A DNA stretch of 64,000 nt. It comes from Selaginella moellendorffii (Eukaryota > Plantae > Lycopodiophyta). The stretch's first letter is position 1. Each line of letters begins with the position of its first letter. The notes beneath the pieces were generated by a model. That model worked only from the letters and a program-made list of their open reading frames with translations, was not told where the DNA came from and searched no databases. Made by a program: the position numbers and the translations under genes. Positions 23,592 through 36,659 of the stretch are shown in pieces. The stretch spans positions 3,774,880 to 3,838,879 of the forward strand of contig NW_003314261.1 in NCBI RefSeq assembly GCF_000143415.4. Reading direction: 5' to 3'.

Positions 23592-26500
23592 CTGTCTGTG
23601 GCTGATAGGCTGTGCTGAATTTCAACTTGGTGCGATACTGTTCCAGGAGAGTCCTCCAGAACCTACTGGTGAAGATCTTATCTCGATCTGAGATGATCTC
23701 TTCCGATCTTCCCCGCACTCGAACCACTTGTTCGAAGAACAGCTTCGCCACACCTTTCGCATCCACCTCCGTTGTGGTGGGTATGAAATGTGCCATTTTT
23801 GAAAATCGGTCCACCACCACGAATATCGCATCAAACCCCTTGCTTGGGGGAAGTCCCGTGATGAAGTCCATCGTAAGATACTTCCACAAACGATCTGGAA
23901 TTGGGATGCTTTGCAACAAGCCCCCACTAGCCTTAGTCACGGCTTTGACCTGCTGACATGTTGGACATGTCTTTACATAGTCTTGTACGTCCTTAGCCAT
24001 ATCTGGCCAATGGTACTTCCTCTTGAGTAAGCCCATTGTCTTGGGCACTCCGCCGTGTCCCGCAAGAGGTCCGTCATTACACTCTTCTAAGACTACCTTC
24101 CTTAGTTCCCCTTCTGGAACATACACCCTCGTTTGCTTATAATAGATGAGTCCGTTGCGTTCCGCATAGCCCATTTTCTCTTCCATTGGCAGCTCACCTC
24201 TTTGGTGAGCTTCCCGTGCCTCTAGATTCCTTAGCAACACTTCTTGAGCTAGACCATCGTTCTCATATACTGTCCGCACATTGTCCCAGAAGGTTGCTGT
24301 TATGCTGGATATCGCCAACCTCAAGCTCGCTTTTCGACTTAGCACATCCGCCACAATGTTGCTCTTCCCAGGCTTGTACAGAATCTCGCAATCAAACTCG
24401 GCCAAGGCATTGGCCCATCGACCTTGTTTCCCTCTCAGGTCGGGCTATGACAAGAAGTGTTTCGTTGCCACATTGTCCGTATAAACCTTGAAGTGTCTCC
24501 CAAGGTAGTGTCGCCACTCCTTGAGCACCTTGACCACCGCAAACAATTCTTTCTCGTGGGCAGGCCACTTCCTTTGAGCCTTGTCCAACTTCTTTGAGAA
24601 GAACGCTACTGGATGGTTGTCTTGCTTCAAAATTGCACCCAACGCAAAGTCCGAAGCATTCGTTTCTACCTCAAAGTCCTTACCAAAGTCTGGTAATGCC
24701 AATACAGGAGCCTTCCTCAACTTCCCTTTGAGGTGGACGAATGCCACCTCACATTCCGCTGTCCATACCATCTTCCCTTTTCCTGTTTGGTCCGTTAAGG
24801 GTAGGGTTACTCTCGAATAGTGTCTGATAAACTTTCGATAGTAGTTGCATAGCCCCAAGAACGCTCTCAACTCATGTACATTTGATGGTCGCTCCCATTC
24901 TTGGATTGCTTGGACCTTCTCCAGGTCCACCTTGAGCCCGTCCTAGCCCACCACATGCCCGAGAAACTTTACCTCTTGTTGAGCAAAGTCATATTTAATC
25001 TCTTTAGCATACAGTTTGTGTTCCCTTAGTTTCTCAAACACCTTCGCCAAGTGTTCGGCATGCTCCTCTAGCGTCTTGCTATAGATCAGGATGTCGTCGA
25101 TATAGACGACCATGAAGTGATCCAGATAGCATACCTCGTTCGACAGGTTGTCTTCTCGACATCCTCCTTGGCTACCCTGATCTGGTAGTATCCTGACCTT
25201 AGGTCAATCCTCGAGAAGTATTTTGCCTTTCCCAACCTATCGAATAGGTCCTCAATCCGGGGCAAAGGGTACTTGTTCTTCTTTGTATACTTGTTGAGAA
25301 CCCGGTAGTCTATGCACATGGGCATAAATCCATTTTTCTTTTTCACAAATAACACCGGCGCCCCATACAGCAATTTGCTCAACCTAACATATCGTTTGAC
25401 CACCAACTCCTCTAGTTGGCGCTTGAGCTCCTTGAGATTTTCTCGTTCAAACGATAGGGGGGACAAACTACCGCCTCAACACCCTCGACCAGCTCAATCT
25501 TATGTTCTATCGGCCGTGCGAGGGGCAGCCCCACTGGTAACTCCTTCGACATGGTATCCTGGAATTGGTCCAACACCCGTTGGATCACTAAAGGTAATTC
25601 TTCTGTTCCTGTCTTTTTGTCACTCTTCACCGAGAGTAAGCACAAAAATGCTACCTTAGTTCCTTTAGTGAGTTGTCCTCTCGTGGACACCAGGTTTAAG
25701 CAGGATTCTTTGGCCTTGCTTTGCCCTACCTTTAGATCCTGGGCCTCCACCCTAGATCTTCTTCTTTGGGCATTCGCTAGTACCACAAGGTTTCTACCTT
25801 GTCCATGCAGGGCTACCACGAACCGATTGAACCAGTCCATTCCGAAGATCACGTCAAATCCCACCATGTCCAACACGGTGAAATCCATGTCCACTTTCCA
25901 TGTCCCTACTTCGACTCTCGCTTGTCGAAGTACCTCATCAGTGCTTTGGCTACCTTGAACAAACTCTATAGTCCTTGGTTCGCCTAGCCGCTGCATCGCT
26001 AGTCCGACTTGCCGGACTATGTTTGAAGCCACAAAATTATCCGAAGCACCCGTGTCAATAAGGATCTTAACAAAGCTACCTCCGAGCTTTCCTCGGAGGG
26101 CTAGTAGATGTCATGAATGACTCTCTACCAAAGTTGCTCGTGTAATGAGTAACTTTGAGTTAGGGACTGGATCACATACCTCAGTTTGGACTTCACCCGA
26201 TTTGATGGCCATATTGGCTTTGGCCTTCTTTGGGTAGGGACATTCCCTCGAAAAGTGTCCCGCTTCACCGCAGTTGTAGCATATGTTGTTTCCCACGCTG
26301 CTATATGACTTGACATTCTTATCTGTGGGTTTGTCTCTTTTCGCTTGACTCCCCCACGTACTCGTTCACTGGCCACCAGATTTGCCTTTTTGGAACCCCG
26401 AGGACTCATTCTTAGAGAAACTCTTCTTGAATTTCCCTCTGCTAAACGTTCCCCTTGGTTTGGCCCCTTTCCTAAACGTGGATCCCGACCCCGTCGTGTT

Positions 26501-29500
26501 CCCCTTTCACAGGTTATCGTTGAAATGCACTTTGATGGCCGCATCCAACACTTCCCTATAGTTGGTCGGGTTCCACCACATCACTTCACCGTGAGCCCAG
26601 GTTTGCAAACCTGATATGAAGGCATGGAACGCATCCATATCCCCCATGTCTATGACAAGTATTCTCTTTGCCATAAACCCATTCACATACTCCTGAATGG
26701 TTCCGATCTGCTTCAGCCTACTCAGCTTGTCCCTTAGATGCAGAGTAGCATTCGGAGGAACGTAAGTTGCGCGGATCCTCGCCTTCATCATTTCCCAAGT
26801 GGCCACAGGTCCTTCATTGGCCTCTGTCATTCTCCACCAAGACTTGGCATTATCTGCTAAGTATGGTTTTGCACATAGGACCTTCTCCGAGCTCGGTAAC
26901 CGCAACGCTCGAAAGTAGTCCTCCATATCGTAAAACCAATCCTCCACCACCTTATAGTTGTTCACTCCCTTGAAGACCGGTGGGGGCTTTGGTTTGTACT
27001 TGGGAACTGCCTGAGGGACTGATTCCACTTCGGTCTATTCGACCTTGTTTGGTTCTGCCTTAGTCCCTGCCGAAGGGTCCACACCTTCTGCGATACCAGC
27101 ATCCGCAGTCTTTCGCTTTTTATTCCGCTTCTCATCACGCTTTAGCTTGCGTATGAGAGTCTCTAGCAGGGCATTGGTCTGTGCCAATTGTCCTTCTAGA
27201 ACATCCAGTCGAGCCTTGGACGACCGAACCTCACCACCGGACTTTTGTTTGGAAGTTTCCTCACTGGAGTCCTCCTCATGCAAGGATTCCTCATCCATAG
27301 CCTCTTGTTTGACCGGAGGCTCCAGCTCTGGCGGAGGTTCTATCTCCGCCTGGGTTCGCTTACGCCCTGCCTTTGCCATCACCCAGCAATCTGCCTCTAT
27401 CCTTCGCTAGAACTGAGGAAAAGGCTCCGATACCAAATTGTAAGCCACAAATTTTTCCTTTCCAATTTGCCAGCTTACCTCGTCTATCTGGCCAACTCTG
27501 CCTTGGCTTGTGCTAAGTTCCCTTGCCAAGGTCTTCGCCTATGGTACCAGCTCCTACTTGGTCCTACTTGGTTTCAGCTACTCACTGCACAAACAACGGA
27601 GTGTTAGCCATCCATTTACGGATTCCTAAATCTCTCCCAATCCCCCTCCCCGGGTTCGACTAGACTTAAGGTTCGGCTACACTCCCCGCAGGCACAAGCA
27701 GCCAAGCACACCAAGCCTCCAGATTCCTAACACCCCTTGGTACCACAAGACTTGATCATGGGACCCTCTAAATCCCAAGCCTTGGGTGCGGCACTTGCTT
27801 CGGGACGTCAGGGCGAAACACCATGGCCTAACAGCCCGGTATGGGTACCTCTACCCCTCCACTTCCATCCCGAAGGGAAGGCCCAAGCCCCTAGAAAGGG
27901 CGAGGACCAATGAGCCACAAGGTACTCAAGTGGGGCACCACTCCACATGAGCCGGGAGCACCGCAGTCAGTTTCCCTTTCGGGAGTGGGAGCTGCTCTTG
28001 AGCACTTCCCTGGGTGGCCCCTCCGGCACCACCCAAGCCTATGCTCACTCCCACCCAAAGCCCCTCGGCCCCAGTCTCAACCTCAAGTCAATTTGGAAGC
28101 ACCACTGAAGAGTTCCTTCAAGATTGGTTCCTGAACCTCACTATCCCTACTATACTTTTGGAACCCCCTGTAGCCCCCCCCCCCCTTGAGAGACGCACGC
28201 TTTGGGCTTTCACCCCTTGAGCTGTATTAGTATTTGGACTTAGTCTCAGAATCGATCTCGGACTCGATCTCGGACCCGACTTCGGACTCGGTCTCGGACT
28301 CGATTTCGGACTCGATCTCGCACCCGATCTTGGACTCAACTTCAGACTCGACCTCGGACTCGGTCTCAGACCCGATTTGGATCTCGGACTCTGTCTTGAA
28401 CTCGGTCTTGAACTCGGTCTCGAACTCGGTCTCCGATTCGGCCTCGGCTCGATCCCGGACTCTATCTCGAACTCGGTCTCTGAGTCGGTCTTGGACTCGA
28501 TCTTCGACTCGGTCCCATTCGATGAACTCTTTGTCATTTCGGTCATGCTTTCGGGGATCCTTTAGCCTACGACATCTCGGGGAGTCGGTTCCTTACACAA
28601 TGCTTCAACAACTTTCCAGCAAATGGTGGATGATGTTCTTTGTGATATGCTGGAGGTGATTGTTGACTTCATTAATGATGTCTTGATCCACTCAGAGAGG
28701 ATGTAGGAGGAACATGTTTATGATGTTTGTAAAGTGTTAGATTAGTTATGAGAAAGTTGAAGTGATCAAAGTGTGTATTTGGGTCCAAAGACACAACTTA
28801 TCTTAAGTACTATATTTTTTGTAAAGGTTTGCAAGTTGATCATGACAAACTTGTGGCTATTCTAAAGTTTCCTACTTCGAAGTGTGTGAATGATGTGTAA
28901 TGCTTCTTGGGCAAAGTGCAATATCTTGGTCGTTTTATAGATCATTTTTCTGATTACACTACACTGTTGTGAGCATTACTAATGTCATTTGTCATTTGGT
29001 CTATGAACTGTGAGTAGGCAATCATGGATTTCAAAAAGCTATCAACGACTCCTTTAATTTTAGCGTATCCTAATTACACTTGGCCTTTCATTTTGCATGT
29101 AAATGCTTTTGATATTGGTTTTAGATGTGTGTTGATGCAAAAGAGCCCAAGTGTGCCTAGTCAATACCATCCCATTGCATATATAAGTCATATATTACAA
29201 CCAACAGAGGTAAACTACTTCACGACAGAGAAAAAATGTTTAGCAGTAGTTTGGGGTTTCAAAAAATTTCATGCATATCCACATGATTCTCGAACATTAC
29301 TACAAGGTAATTATGCTGCTGTTACTTCATTATTTAAGTGAAAGAACGTGGTTAGTTGTATTTCTTGGTGGGCTTTGAAGCTTCAGATATATAATTTTGA
29401 TGTTGTTCATCACCTAGGGAGTTTTATAACTGATGCAAATGCCCTTCCTCAATCTCCTCTTCCTTTTTCACTCTCTTATCATATTTCTAATGAGCTTATT

Positions 29501-29719
29501 GTTCAAGTATTTATAGATTTTCTAGATGAGGATCCATCAACAGTTGTTGTACTTGATGTTAAGTGTCCACAAGGAGTAGAGCAAGATTTACCTTCTTTTG
29601 ATAAGGTTTGTGAGGCTCAAAAGATTGAGCCATAGATTCGAAGGTTTCAAGATGGATTTGAAAATTTTGCATCACTTGCTGATGATTTTCCATTCTAGTA
29701 TTTACATTCTCAATATTAC

Positions 29720-30447
29720 TGTAGCGCATGTAATCATGGGATGAGATTTGGATATACTGTCACCGTGGATCCTTGGAACCTTGGGGAATAAATGGGGATA
29801 AAATAGCCACTAAGGGCTCTCTCATCAAGCAATTGCCCCTTTTCCAGTTGGCTTAAGGGGAGAGAGATAAGGTGCGCTACAGTTGGTATCAGAGGAAATG
29901 GCACGGGTTCGATTCCCATTGATTAGTAGCTACTTAAAAGTATAATATACCCTTGAGTAAGGTATATTCCTACCCTTAAATTTGAAATCGTACGTATTGG
30001 GCATCCATGCGTACGTCCTTCCTCTTGTGTGGAGTATCCACGGACGAAGGTATCCATCGTGGGACTGCGGTACAGGTGGATGACTAGTTGCCTCACATGG
30101 AATAGCTAATCTACACAAATGGAAGGATTGGTAGATTGAGTGCGGAAATGGAGGTGCTGGTTCCCCTTGGCTCAGTAGGGGTTGTTAGTCAATAGTCAAT
30201 GATGTCAATGTGGTTCCCCTTGGCTCAGTAGGGGTTGTTAGTCAATAGTCAATGAGGACATTGACATCTCTGAAGGGGGGGTGAGTGTAGCGCATGTGAT
30301 CATGGGATGAGATTTGGATATACTGTCACCGTGGATCCTTAGAACCTTAGGGAATAAATGGGGATAAAATAGCCACTAAGGGCTCTCTCATCAAGCAATT
30401 GCCCCTTTTCCAGTTGGCTTAAGGGGAAAGAGATAAGGTGCACTACA
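29720..30447 (+). mobile_element. TRIM (miniature non-autonomous LTR element), copy 1, 728 bp
   Basis: 162-bp LTRs 29720-29881 and 30286-30447 (tgtagcgca...tgcgctaca); TSD attac; PBS tggtatcagag 29884-29894; PPT 30271-30285. Confidence 0.97.
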
Positions 30448-31715
30448 ATTACTTTGAAGATGGCCTTCTTTATTTTATGGGGACGGATCTTGATGATCAT
30501 TTACGGTTGGTGGTGCCTTAAATATTTATTCTATGGTATCTTTATATCTACTATGATTCTCTTATTCTAAGCGGGCATATGGGACATTATCGTATGACTG
30601 AGAAGCTATACAAGTCTTTCTATTGGCTAGAGATGCGACATAATGTTATCCGGTATGTGCATAGCTGCGTTTGGTGCCAAACTCATAATACTCCCCCTCG
30701 TGATGCGAAAGGACGGTTGGAGTTAATTGTAATTCCCTATTCATTTGAGTTGGTGGTGTTTGATTTTATGGGACCTTTTCCACAATCGACTACTAACAAT
30801 GAGTATGTTATTATTGCTTCTGACTACTTGACTTACTGAGTGGAAGGTGGTGCTCTTGCTAACATCTCTGCAACTGCTATAGGATACTTCTTCCTCAATC
30901 AAGTTGTGTTCCAGCATTTTTGTCCAAAGTGAATTCTTTTAGATAATAGTCTTGCATTTATGGTTGAGGTATTTCCCGTTTTGATATCTTGGTGGGATAT
31001 GCCATACTTTCACAAGTGCTTATCATCCACAGTTAGATTTTTTGGTGGAATAGCTTCTTCAGACTTTCAAATGGATGATTGCAAAGTACGTGAACTTTCA
31101 GTATTCAGATTGGGATGGTTAATTATTGTCTCTTTAGTATGCATATATCATAGAGGTGCAAAGTTCTATTAATGTTTCACCATATAAACTCCTACATGGT
31201 CATGATCCAATACTACCAACGGAGTTGGGTTTACCTTCGTAATTGCCACGAGTTGCCAATGCTAGATCATGGGATCAGTATTTGACAAACATTCTTCCAC
31301 TTGTCTGAGTAAAATTTGCCGAACACCTGGGCCGTGTACAAGTGGGACAAAAACAATGCTACAACTCCCATCATCATCCACTTATGGAGTATAAAGTGGA
31401 TGATTTGGTATCAATCTGTTTTCCCCATCTTATGGTATATGGTTTATTTAAAGGGTTCTTTGCTCAGTGGAAAGGTTTATATTAGATATTACGACAAATT
31501 GAACCACAAGTTTATGAGGTTCAGCATGACATCTAGTAGGCCGATCCTCCAGAATTTGTGCATGTGCAACAGCTAAAACACTTTATACAAAGGGATCAAG
31601 AACAATTGGCATCACCTACAGATCCACTAATGCCTCCTCCTGATATTCCTACAGATCCTAGCCCATTTATGAGAGAATCATGACAGTCTTCCATCATTTC
31701 GAGAGGAGGGGATGA

Positions 31716-31890
31716 TGTGAGGTCCAAGTGTACAACTATAATGCCATATACTAATATTAGTGTAGTGGGATTTTGGTAGCTATTGGATGGATTTCAATCC
31801 AGACCACTCACTATTGTATATAAACTAGGGTTTTCAGGCTAATTAATATGCACATTTTTTGTATTCCTTTCCATATTCCATACACTCACA
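31716..31890 (+). repeat. 3' LTR of family D (175 bp)
   Basis: tgtgag...ctcaca termini after purine tract gagaggaggggatga; reverse-complement match at 41355-41430. Confidence 0.85.
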
Positions 31891-31937
31891 AACCCTTATT
31901 TCTATTTTCCTGAGATATTTGATTGTCAAGTGAAGCC

Positions 31938-32758
31938 ATGAAACGGGAAAGGGAGATGATTATCAAGGACCTACACCATCTCAAGAACTACCTAGTTTAG
32001 GACTCGTTATAGCTGACTTATGCCTCATTTGGGAGTATTAAGGAGCTCAAGGCCTACTTGAAACAACTACATCCCCTTTGCCCATGCTGCGCTAATTTTG
32101 ATTACTTCAACAATTATTATGTGATTCAGCCCTATTACAAGTGTTGCGGCGACAAACATCACAAATTCACATACAGTGGCACCATGAGCTCTATGAAAGA
32201 TTATGATATCAATATAGAATGCCCCAAAAAGAGAACTAAGAAGCAGCAGTAGTAGCACAAGCCAAGCAAGCTTAGTGGTGGCAAGAAAAATATAGTGTTG
32301 GTGAGTCAAAGCCCTAGCAACAACCAGTTGTTGCCAGTCAGCAATGAGCTCTAAAGTTTGATTGAGTCTATCATGGAAGATATGGAAGATGGGCATGTGT
32401 CCCAGCACATATGTGGCACAGGGGGGGAGGAAGTCTACATGGATTCCAGCAAGAAGGATGAGGATCTCAAGGAATTTGTCAAAGATTTCAAGGTTGATGA
32501 GGGGGATTATAATGATCTTTTATGGGGTATGGAGTGGAAGAAAGCAGTGATCCATAATAGCCCCAAGATCCTATACCTAAGCTAGATAGTTTTGCCATGG
32601 AGCTAAAGGAGCAAATCGAACTAGTCGATGAGGAAGAACACAACTTTGCCTTAGAATTGGAGGAGGAAATAAAACAAAAAACTGCAGTAGCGAGGGAGCA
32701 AGTGATAATGGTTTGGAGGGATGAGGTGAGGAAGGTCAAGTGTAGATGGGGACACTAA
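31938..32758 (+). pseudogene. Unknown gene X (CPCC...KCCGDKHH N-terminal motif, acidic C-terminus), copy 2
   Basis: ATG 31938; ORF fragments 32058-32252 and 32358-32585; nonsense codons and indels. Confidence 0.6.
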
Positions 32759-34342
32759 TTTTCACCTCAAATCATGGCGGTGCACAAAATCTAGTGTTAA
32801 TTGATTGGAAAAATATAACTTCCAAGTTTTTGTCTATTACACCTTTCCAGTGAAATCATCCTGTAAAGCTTGCTAAACTCTATATTTCTATGGAAGTGAA
32901 AACATTGGGTATGGAAAGAAAATGCAAACCTAACAAGAAACAGGTGAGAACGAAGGAGTTGCTAATCAAAGAGGCCATCCAACCAATGCCTCCAACTCTA
33001 AAAACTGCCATAAACATAGCTCCAGCCACAAACCCTACAGCTAGTGCTTCCAATTGCTCTCTCCTCCAGCTATTGTGCCTTTCCCTCCAATTGCAAATAC
33101 AATTATTAATATAGTAGTATATAGTGATGTATGCATGGACATAAATTGAAATGTCAACTATAAAATGGTTGCAACCTAGCCCTATGCTATTGAGTAGGCA
33201 CCACCTATAGGCTGACTGGGATGCCATGTTAGATATGGCCCTAATAAGAGCCAATGGCAGATCCCCACCTCCTCAAGCACAAGTAATATTGCATAATTGA
33301 CTAGGCTCCTCTCAAACATTTTATTGAAGACATTCCTAGGCTTTGATTATCATCCACATTGCCTTGCAAAAACACAATGAGCTCCTTCTCTCATGGCATA
33401 TGCCTTATAATTAGGTTGGGCAAATTTAAAGAATTCCACAAGCATAAACCTTGGAAACAAAGAAGAAATGACTATAGCTTTTTATAGGTAAAAGGAAAAC
33501 ATTCTTAGTTTGTTTTGGGAACCAAATCGTTTTATTGTCTACTCTTTATCTTGATTTTTATTTTTTGCCTACCTCCTAGCAAAGCTCTAAAGATCCAAAG
33601 TGCAACCTATTTCCTCTAGAATTCTTGATGGATTGGTATTAGGAGTTGAGGAAGATGAAGAGACTAGAGATATCAAGGTTGCAAACAAAGCATTTTCAAG
33701 AAGATATTTTCAAGAAATAATGGTAGACTATTTAGATCCCTTGAATTGGAAAGGGCATTCACGTAGCTCAAATCATTATATAATTTAGATTAGTTAAATC
33801 CCAATCCATATTACTATGCCTTAAAATTCAGATGATCAAGCTTCTCTTTACATATAAATTAACACATTCTTTATCACACATTAGAAAAATTTCAATTAAA
33901 AGTAATCCCTTTTGGTTAGTGTTTATTCTTTTCTCCCATTTTTGCTTTCACTTCATAGTTGTCATTTTTCTATAGTTTCTTTTATCTAATCTATTCTTTA
34001 TTGTTATGGCAACAAAGCAAGATAAAGGCAAGGCAAAATCTACCTTTGTTATTATGCTCTCTTGTAACATTTCTTTTAATTAGTTTCCTCTTGTATATAT
34101 AAAGAAAAAGTGTGGGGTGTGATTTCAAGCTTAATTTCATTCCTATGACCAGTCTTTGTAGATAACTCTTTTGAAGCTTTTAAAAGATATACTAAAGTTA
34201 GCATAACAACAATTTAGGTATTGATAAAAATTCTCGTATCGATTCACCCAATTTAACAAACGCCATCTCAGCCATGTAGTTAAATTCGTTAGAAGAAGCT
34301 AGGGTTTATTTTGTTGAGGTGAAAACAAAGCTTGTAAGAGCG

Positions 34343-35278
34343 ATGACGGTGGTAAGTGAGTTTAGGGAGGAAGATTGCAAAGAGCTTCTCAGCATTCATA
34401 TGTTGGGGCAGCGAGGTTTCGAGAAAGGTAGGACGCTGGGGTGTGGCGGCCAGGGGCATGTATTCGTGCTCCACAATCTGGACGGTCACAAGTCATATGC
34501 AGCCAAGGCATTTCGATCAGGGAGCGACGCTGAGAGAGAAGTTGGGATCATGGCCAAGCTCCGGGGCTGCCCTGGAGTTGTCTCCTTCAAAGATTTCATC
34601 AAGGAGAGAGATGGAGGACAGTGTTTTGGGAGTATTATTATGGAACTATGTGGATCTAGTCTTGCTGATCGCTTGCGCGTTTCCGGGCAGATGAGCGAAG
34701 AAGAAGCAGCTCAGATTATCAAGCAGCTGGCAGAGACCCTCAAGGAGATGCATTCGAGAGGCATAGTTCACCGGGATCTCAAGCCGGGCAACATCCTTTT
34801 CAAGCTAGACGCGCGCGACAAAGTGGTGATTAGTGACTTTGGTATTGCCACAGACGACCCTGAGGAGATGTCGCAGTACTGTGGCACGGCAAAGTACATG
34901 GCACCCGAGGTGGCAGAGAACAAGGATGGGAGCTTCTACACAGCAGCTATCGACGTGTGGGGACTTGGAGCGATTTTATACGAGATGCTGGGAAAGGGAG
35001 GATATCAGCCGAGTGAAGCATTTGATCGTGTGCGACAGGGGGCATCCCCGGTTGGTCCTTTCTCGTTTGTAGCGGAGGATCTCCTTGAGAAGATGCTGGC
35101 TGTGGATCCGAAACAAAGGCTGACAGTCGATCAGGTTCTACAACACCCATGGATTGTCAAGCTTTGCAGAAGCAGCAGCAGTAAGATCTACAGGACGTGG
35201 AGGAGGCCCTGTGGTGCGAAAAGGAGTGCTCCTGGCCTCGACAAGGACTTGGTCGTGAAGAAAGTTCGAGCGGCTTAA
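34343..35278 (+). CDS. Intronless Ser/Thr protein kinase, CAMK-group-like (copy 2)
   Basis: Protein identical to copy 1 from EEDCKELL onward; first ATG at 34343. Confidence 0.9.
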   Translation: MTVVSEFREEDCKELLSIHMLGQRGFEKGRTLGCGGQGHVFVLHNLDGHKSYAAKAFRSGSDAEREVGIMAKLRGCPGVVSFKDFIKERDGGQCFGSIIMELCGSSLADRLRVSGQMSEEEAAQIIKQLAETLKEMHSRGIVHRDLKPGNILFKLDARDKVVISDFGIATDDPEEMSQYCGTAKYMAPEVAENKDGSFYTAAIDVWGLGAILYEMLGKGGYQPSEAFDRVRQGASPVGPFSFVAEDLLEKMLAVDPKQRLTVDQVLQHPWIVKLCRSSSSKIYRTWRRPCGAKRSAPGLDKDLVVKKVRAA

Positions 35279-35637
35279 AAGTGGCAGCAGTCAGTCCGGT
35301 AAGCACACTTGCCATTTCCTATTTCTCCTATTCGCAGTTACTAACTTCATTTGCTTGGGTTCGTTTTTGTATCCTCCGGACATCATCGACATCTCTCGTG
35401 TCTCTGTGTGGAAATACGTTTTTGGTGGCTGCCGAGAACAATCATGGAACAAAAACGAGATCCAAGCAAATGCCGAGATAGATGCAAACGTGTTACACAC
35501 GAAGCTATGCCGCTCTTCTTTAAGAAACAAGGGAAGTCTTCCCTCAAGAAAGAATTAAAAAAGTCCATCCATATATAAATCGAGAATGGCTATTGATCAC
35601 TGCTAATCTAACAATTTCTTGAAATCATTGTGGAACT

Positions 35638-36550
35638 TCATATCTTGAGATCAGTCGGGAAGGAAGAGTCCGCTTGATCCATGCTTTTGCATACGACTGG
35701 CAGGACACCACATCGCGCTGGGGAATTCGATCGACGGCTGCTCTCGCGAGGAAGCTGGTAGGCCGTGCATGACACGAAGACGTGCTTGCTCGATTGTCCG
35801 CGAACGCTTGGATCATCACAAGGCCGGCAGCTTGCGCTTTCTCCAAACGCCCGCTCATGTCCGGGATACCACGAATCAAACACCTTCTTGACCAACGCAT
35901 CATGGGCGCATCCATCGATGATCGTGTTCCAGGAGACGAAGTTCCTGGCCGGCATCCGGAAGAACATCGCCTGCACTACCTGGAGATTCCCATTCTGGGC
36001 ATATGCAGTGATCATCACGTTCCAGGTGACGGGATCTCCCTCCCGCATCGCCCAGAACATCGCTCTGGAGTCCTCTTCCTTGCCATCCTTCGCCAGCGCC
36101 AGGAGGATTGCAGTGGATTTGAGGAAAGTCCAGCGCGGAAGGAGATCAAAGACGCGCCTTGCGTGCTCAAGATCCCCGATCTTAACAAATGCGCCGATGA
36201 GGCAACTCCACGCCACGGAATCTCTGCCGCCGGGGATGCGATCGAAGAGATTGTTGGCGTCCCAGGGCCTGCCGTTGTGCGCGTAGACGGTGAGCATCGT
36301 GATCCAGGAGAACCTGCTCTTGCTGTGATCGTCCATGCCGTCCAAGATCTCCCGCGCCTCGCCGACGCTGCCGCATTCGCCATACATGTAGAGCAGCGCA
36401 TTGCAGAGGAAGATGTCGGTGGAGAGGCCATGGCTCCAGATCTGGGCGTGCACGGGTGCAAGAACGCACTAGCTGGACGAATTCTTGGTCCTCAATCGAG
36501 CTCTTGCGATCAATCGGCAGGACAGGCGCTGGCATTGCCGCATTCTTCAT
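35638..36550 (-). pseudogene. PLS-class PPR gene, frameshifted and truncated (copy 2)
   Basis: Same as 17562-18474, with a single V/I difference in the 271-aa ORF. Confidence 0.8.
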
Positions 36551-36659
36551 TTTTAACGTTTGGCTATGGAGGAAAATTGACGCCCACCGTCGAGGGAGAA
36601 AGTAAGCCTTCTGGCAGGTTTCTCCAGGGATTGTGCGAGCATTAGAGCGATGGAATCCA

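Larger units (their letters stand above)
22693..27382 (-). pseudogene. gag-pol of family B (gag, CCHC knuckle, protease, RT, RNase H, integrase with two intron-like insertions, chromodomain)
   Basis: CYNCGEAGHFSREC; LIDTGASDNF; CIDYRVLNK; ETNASDFALGAIL; GHGG...CPTCQ; MDFITGLP; EYEVEAIL...VKWKGF...ATWE; several stops and deletions. Confidence 0.95.
21139..28597 (-). mobile_element. Family B chromovirus (Ty3/gypsy), full-length, degenerate
   Basis: LTRs 21139-22289 and 27439-28597; TSD caatg at 21134-21138 and 28598-28602; PBS 27425-27435; PPT 22290-22301; gag-PR-RT-RH-IN-chromodomain order. Confidence 0.97.
19504..31890 (+). mobile_element. Family D Ty3/gypsy element (non-chromovirus), degenerate, 5' LTR missing; hosts family B and a TRIM
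   Basis: Protease remnants (ILVD.G ~20205; FDLILGMDWL ~20417); RT split at 21138/28598; RNase H NYFTTEKKCLAVVWG; integrase 30579-31580; PPT 31701-31715; 3' LTR 31716-31890. Confidence 0.85.

Noticed and set aside
29720-29881. Cassandra 5S rRNA segment or retrozyme hammerhead in the TRIM LTR
   Set aside because: No 5S A/IE/C box sequence and no CUGANGA...GAAA core recognised on either strand
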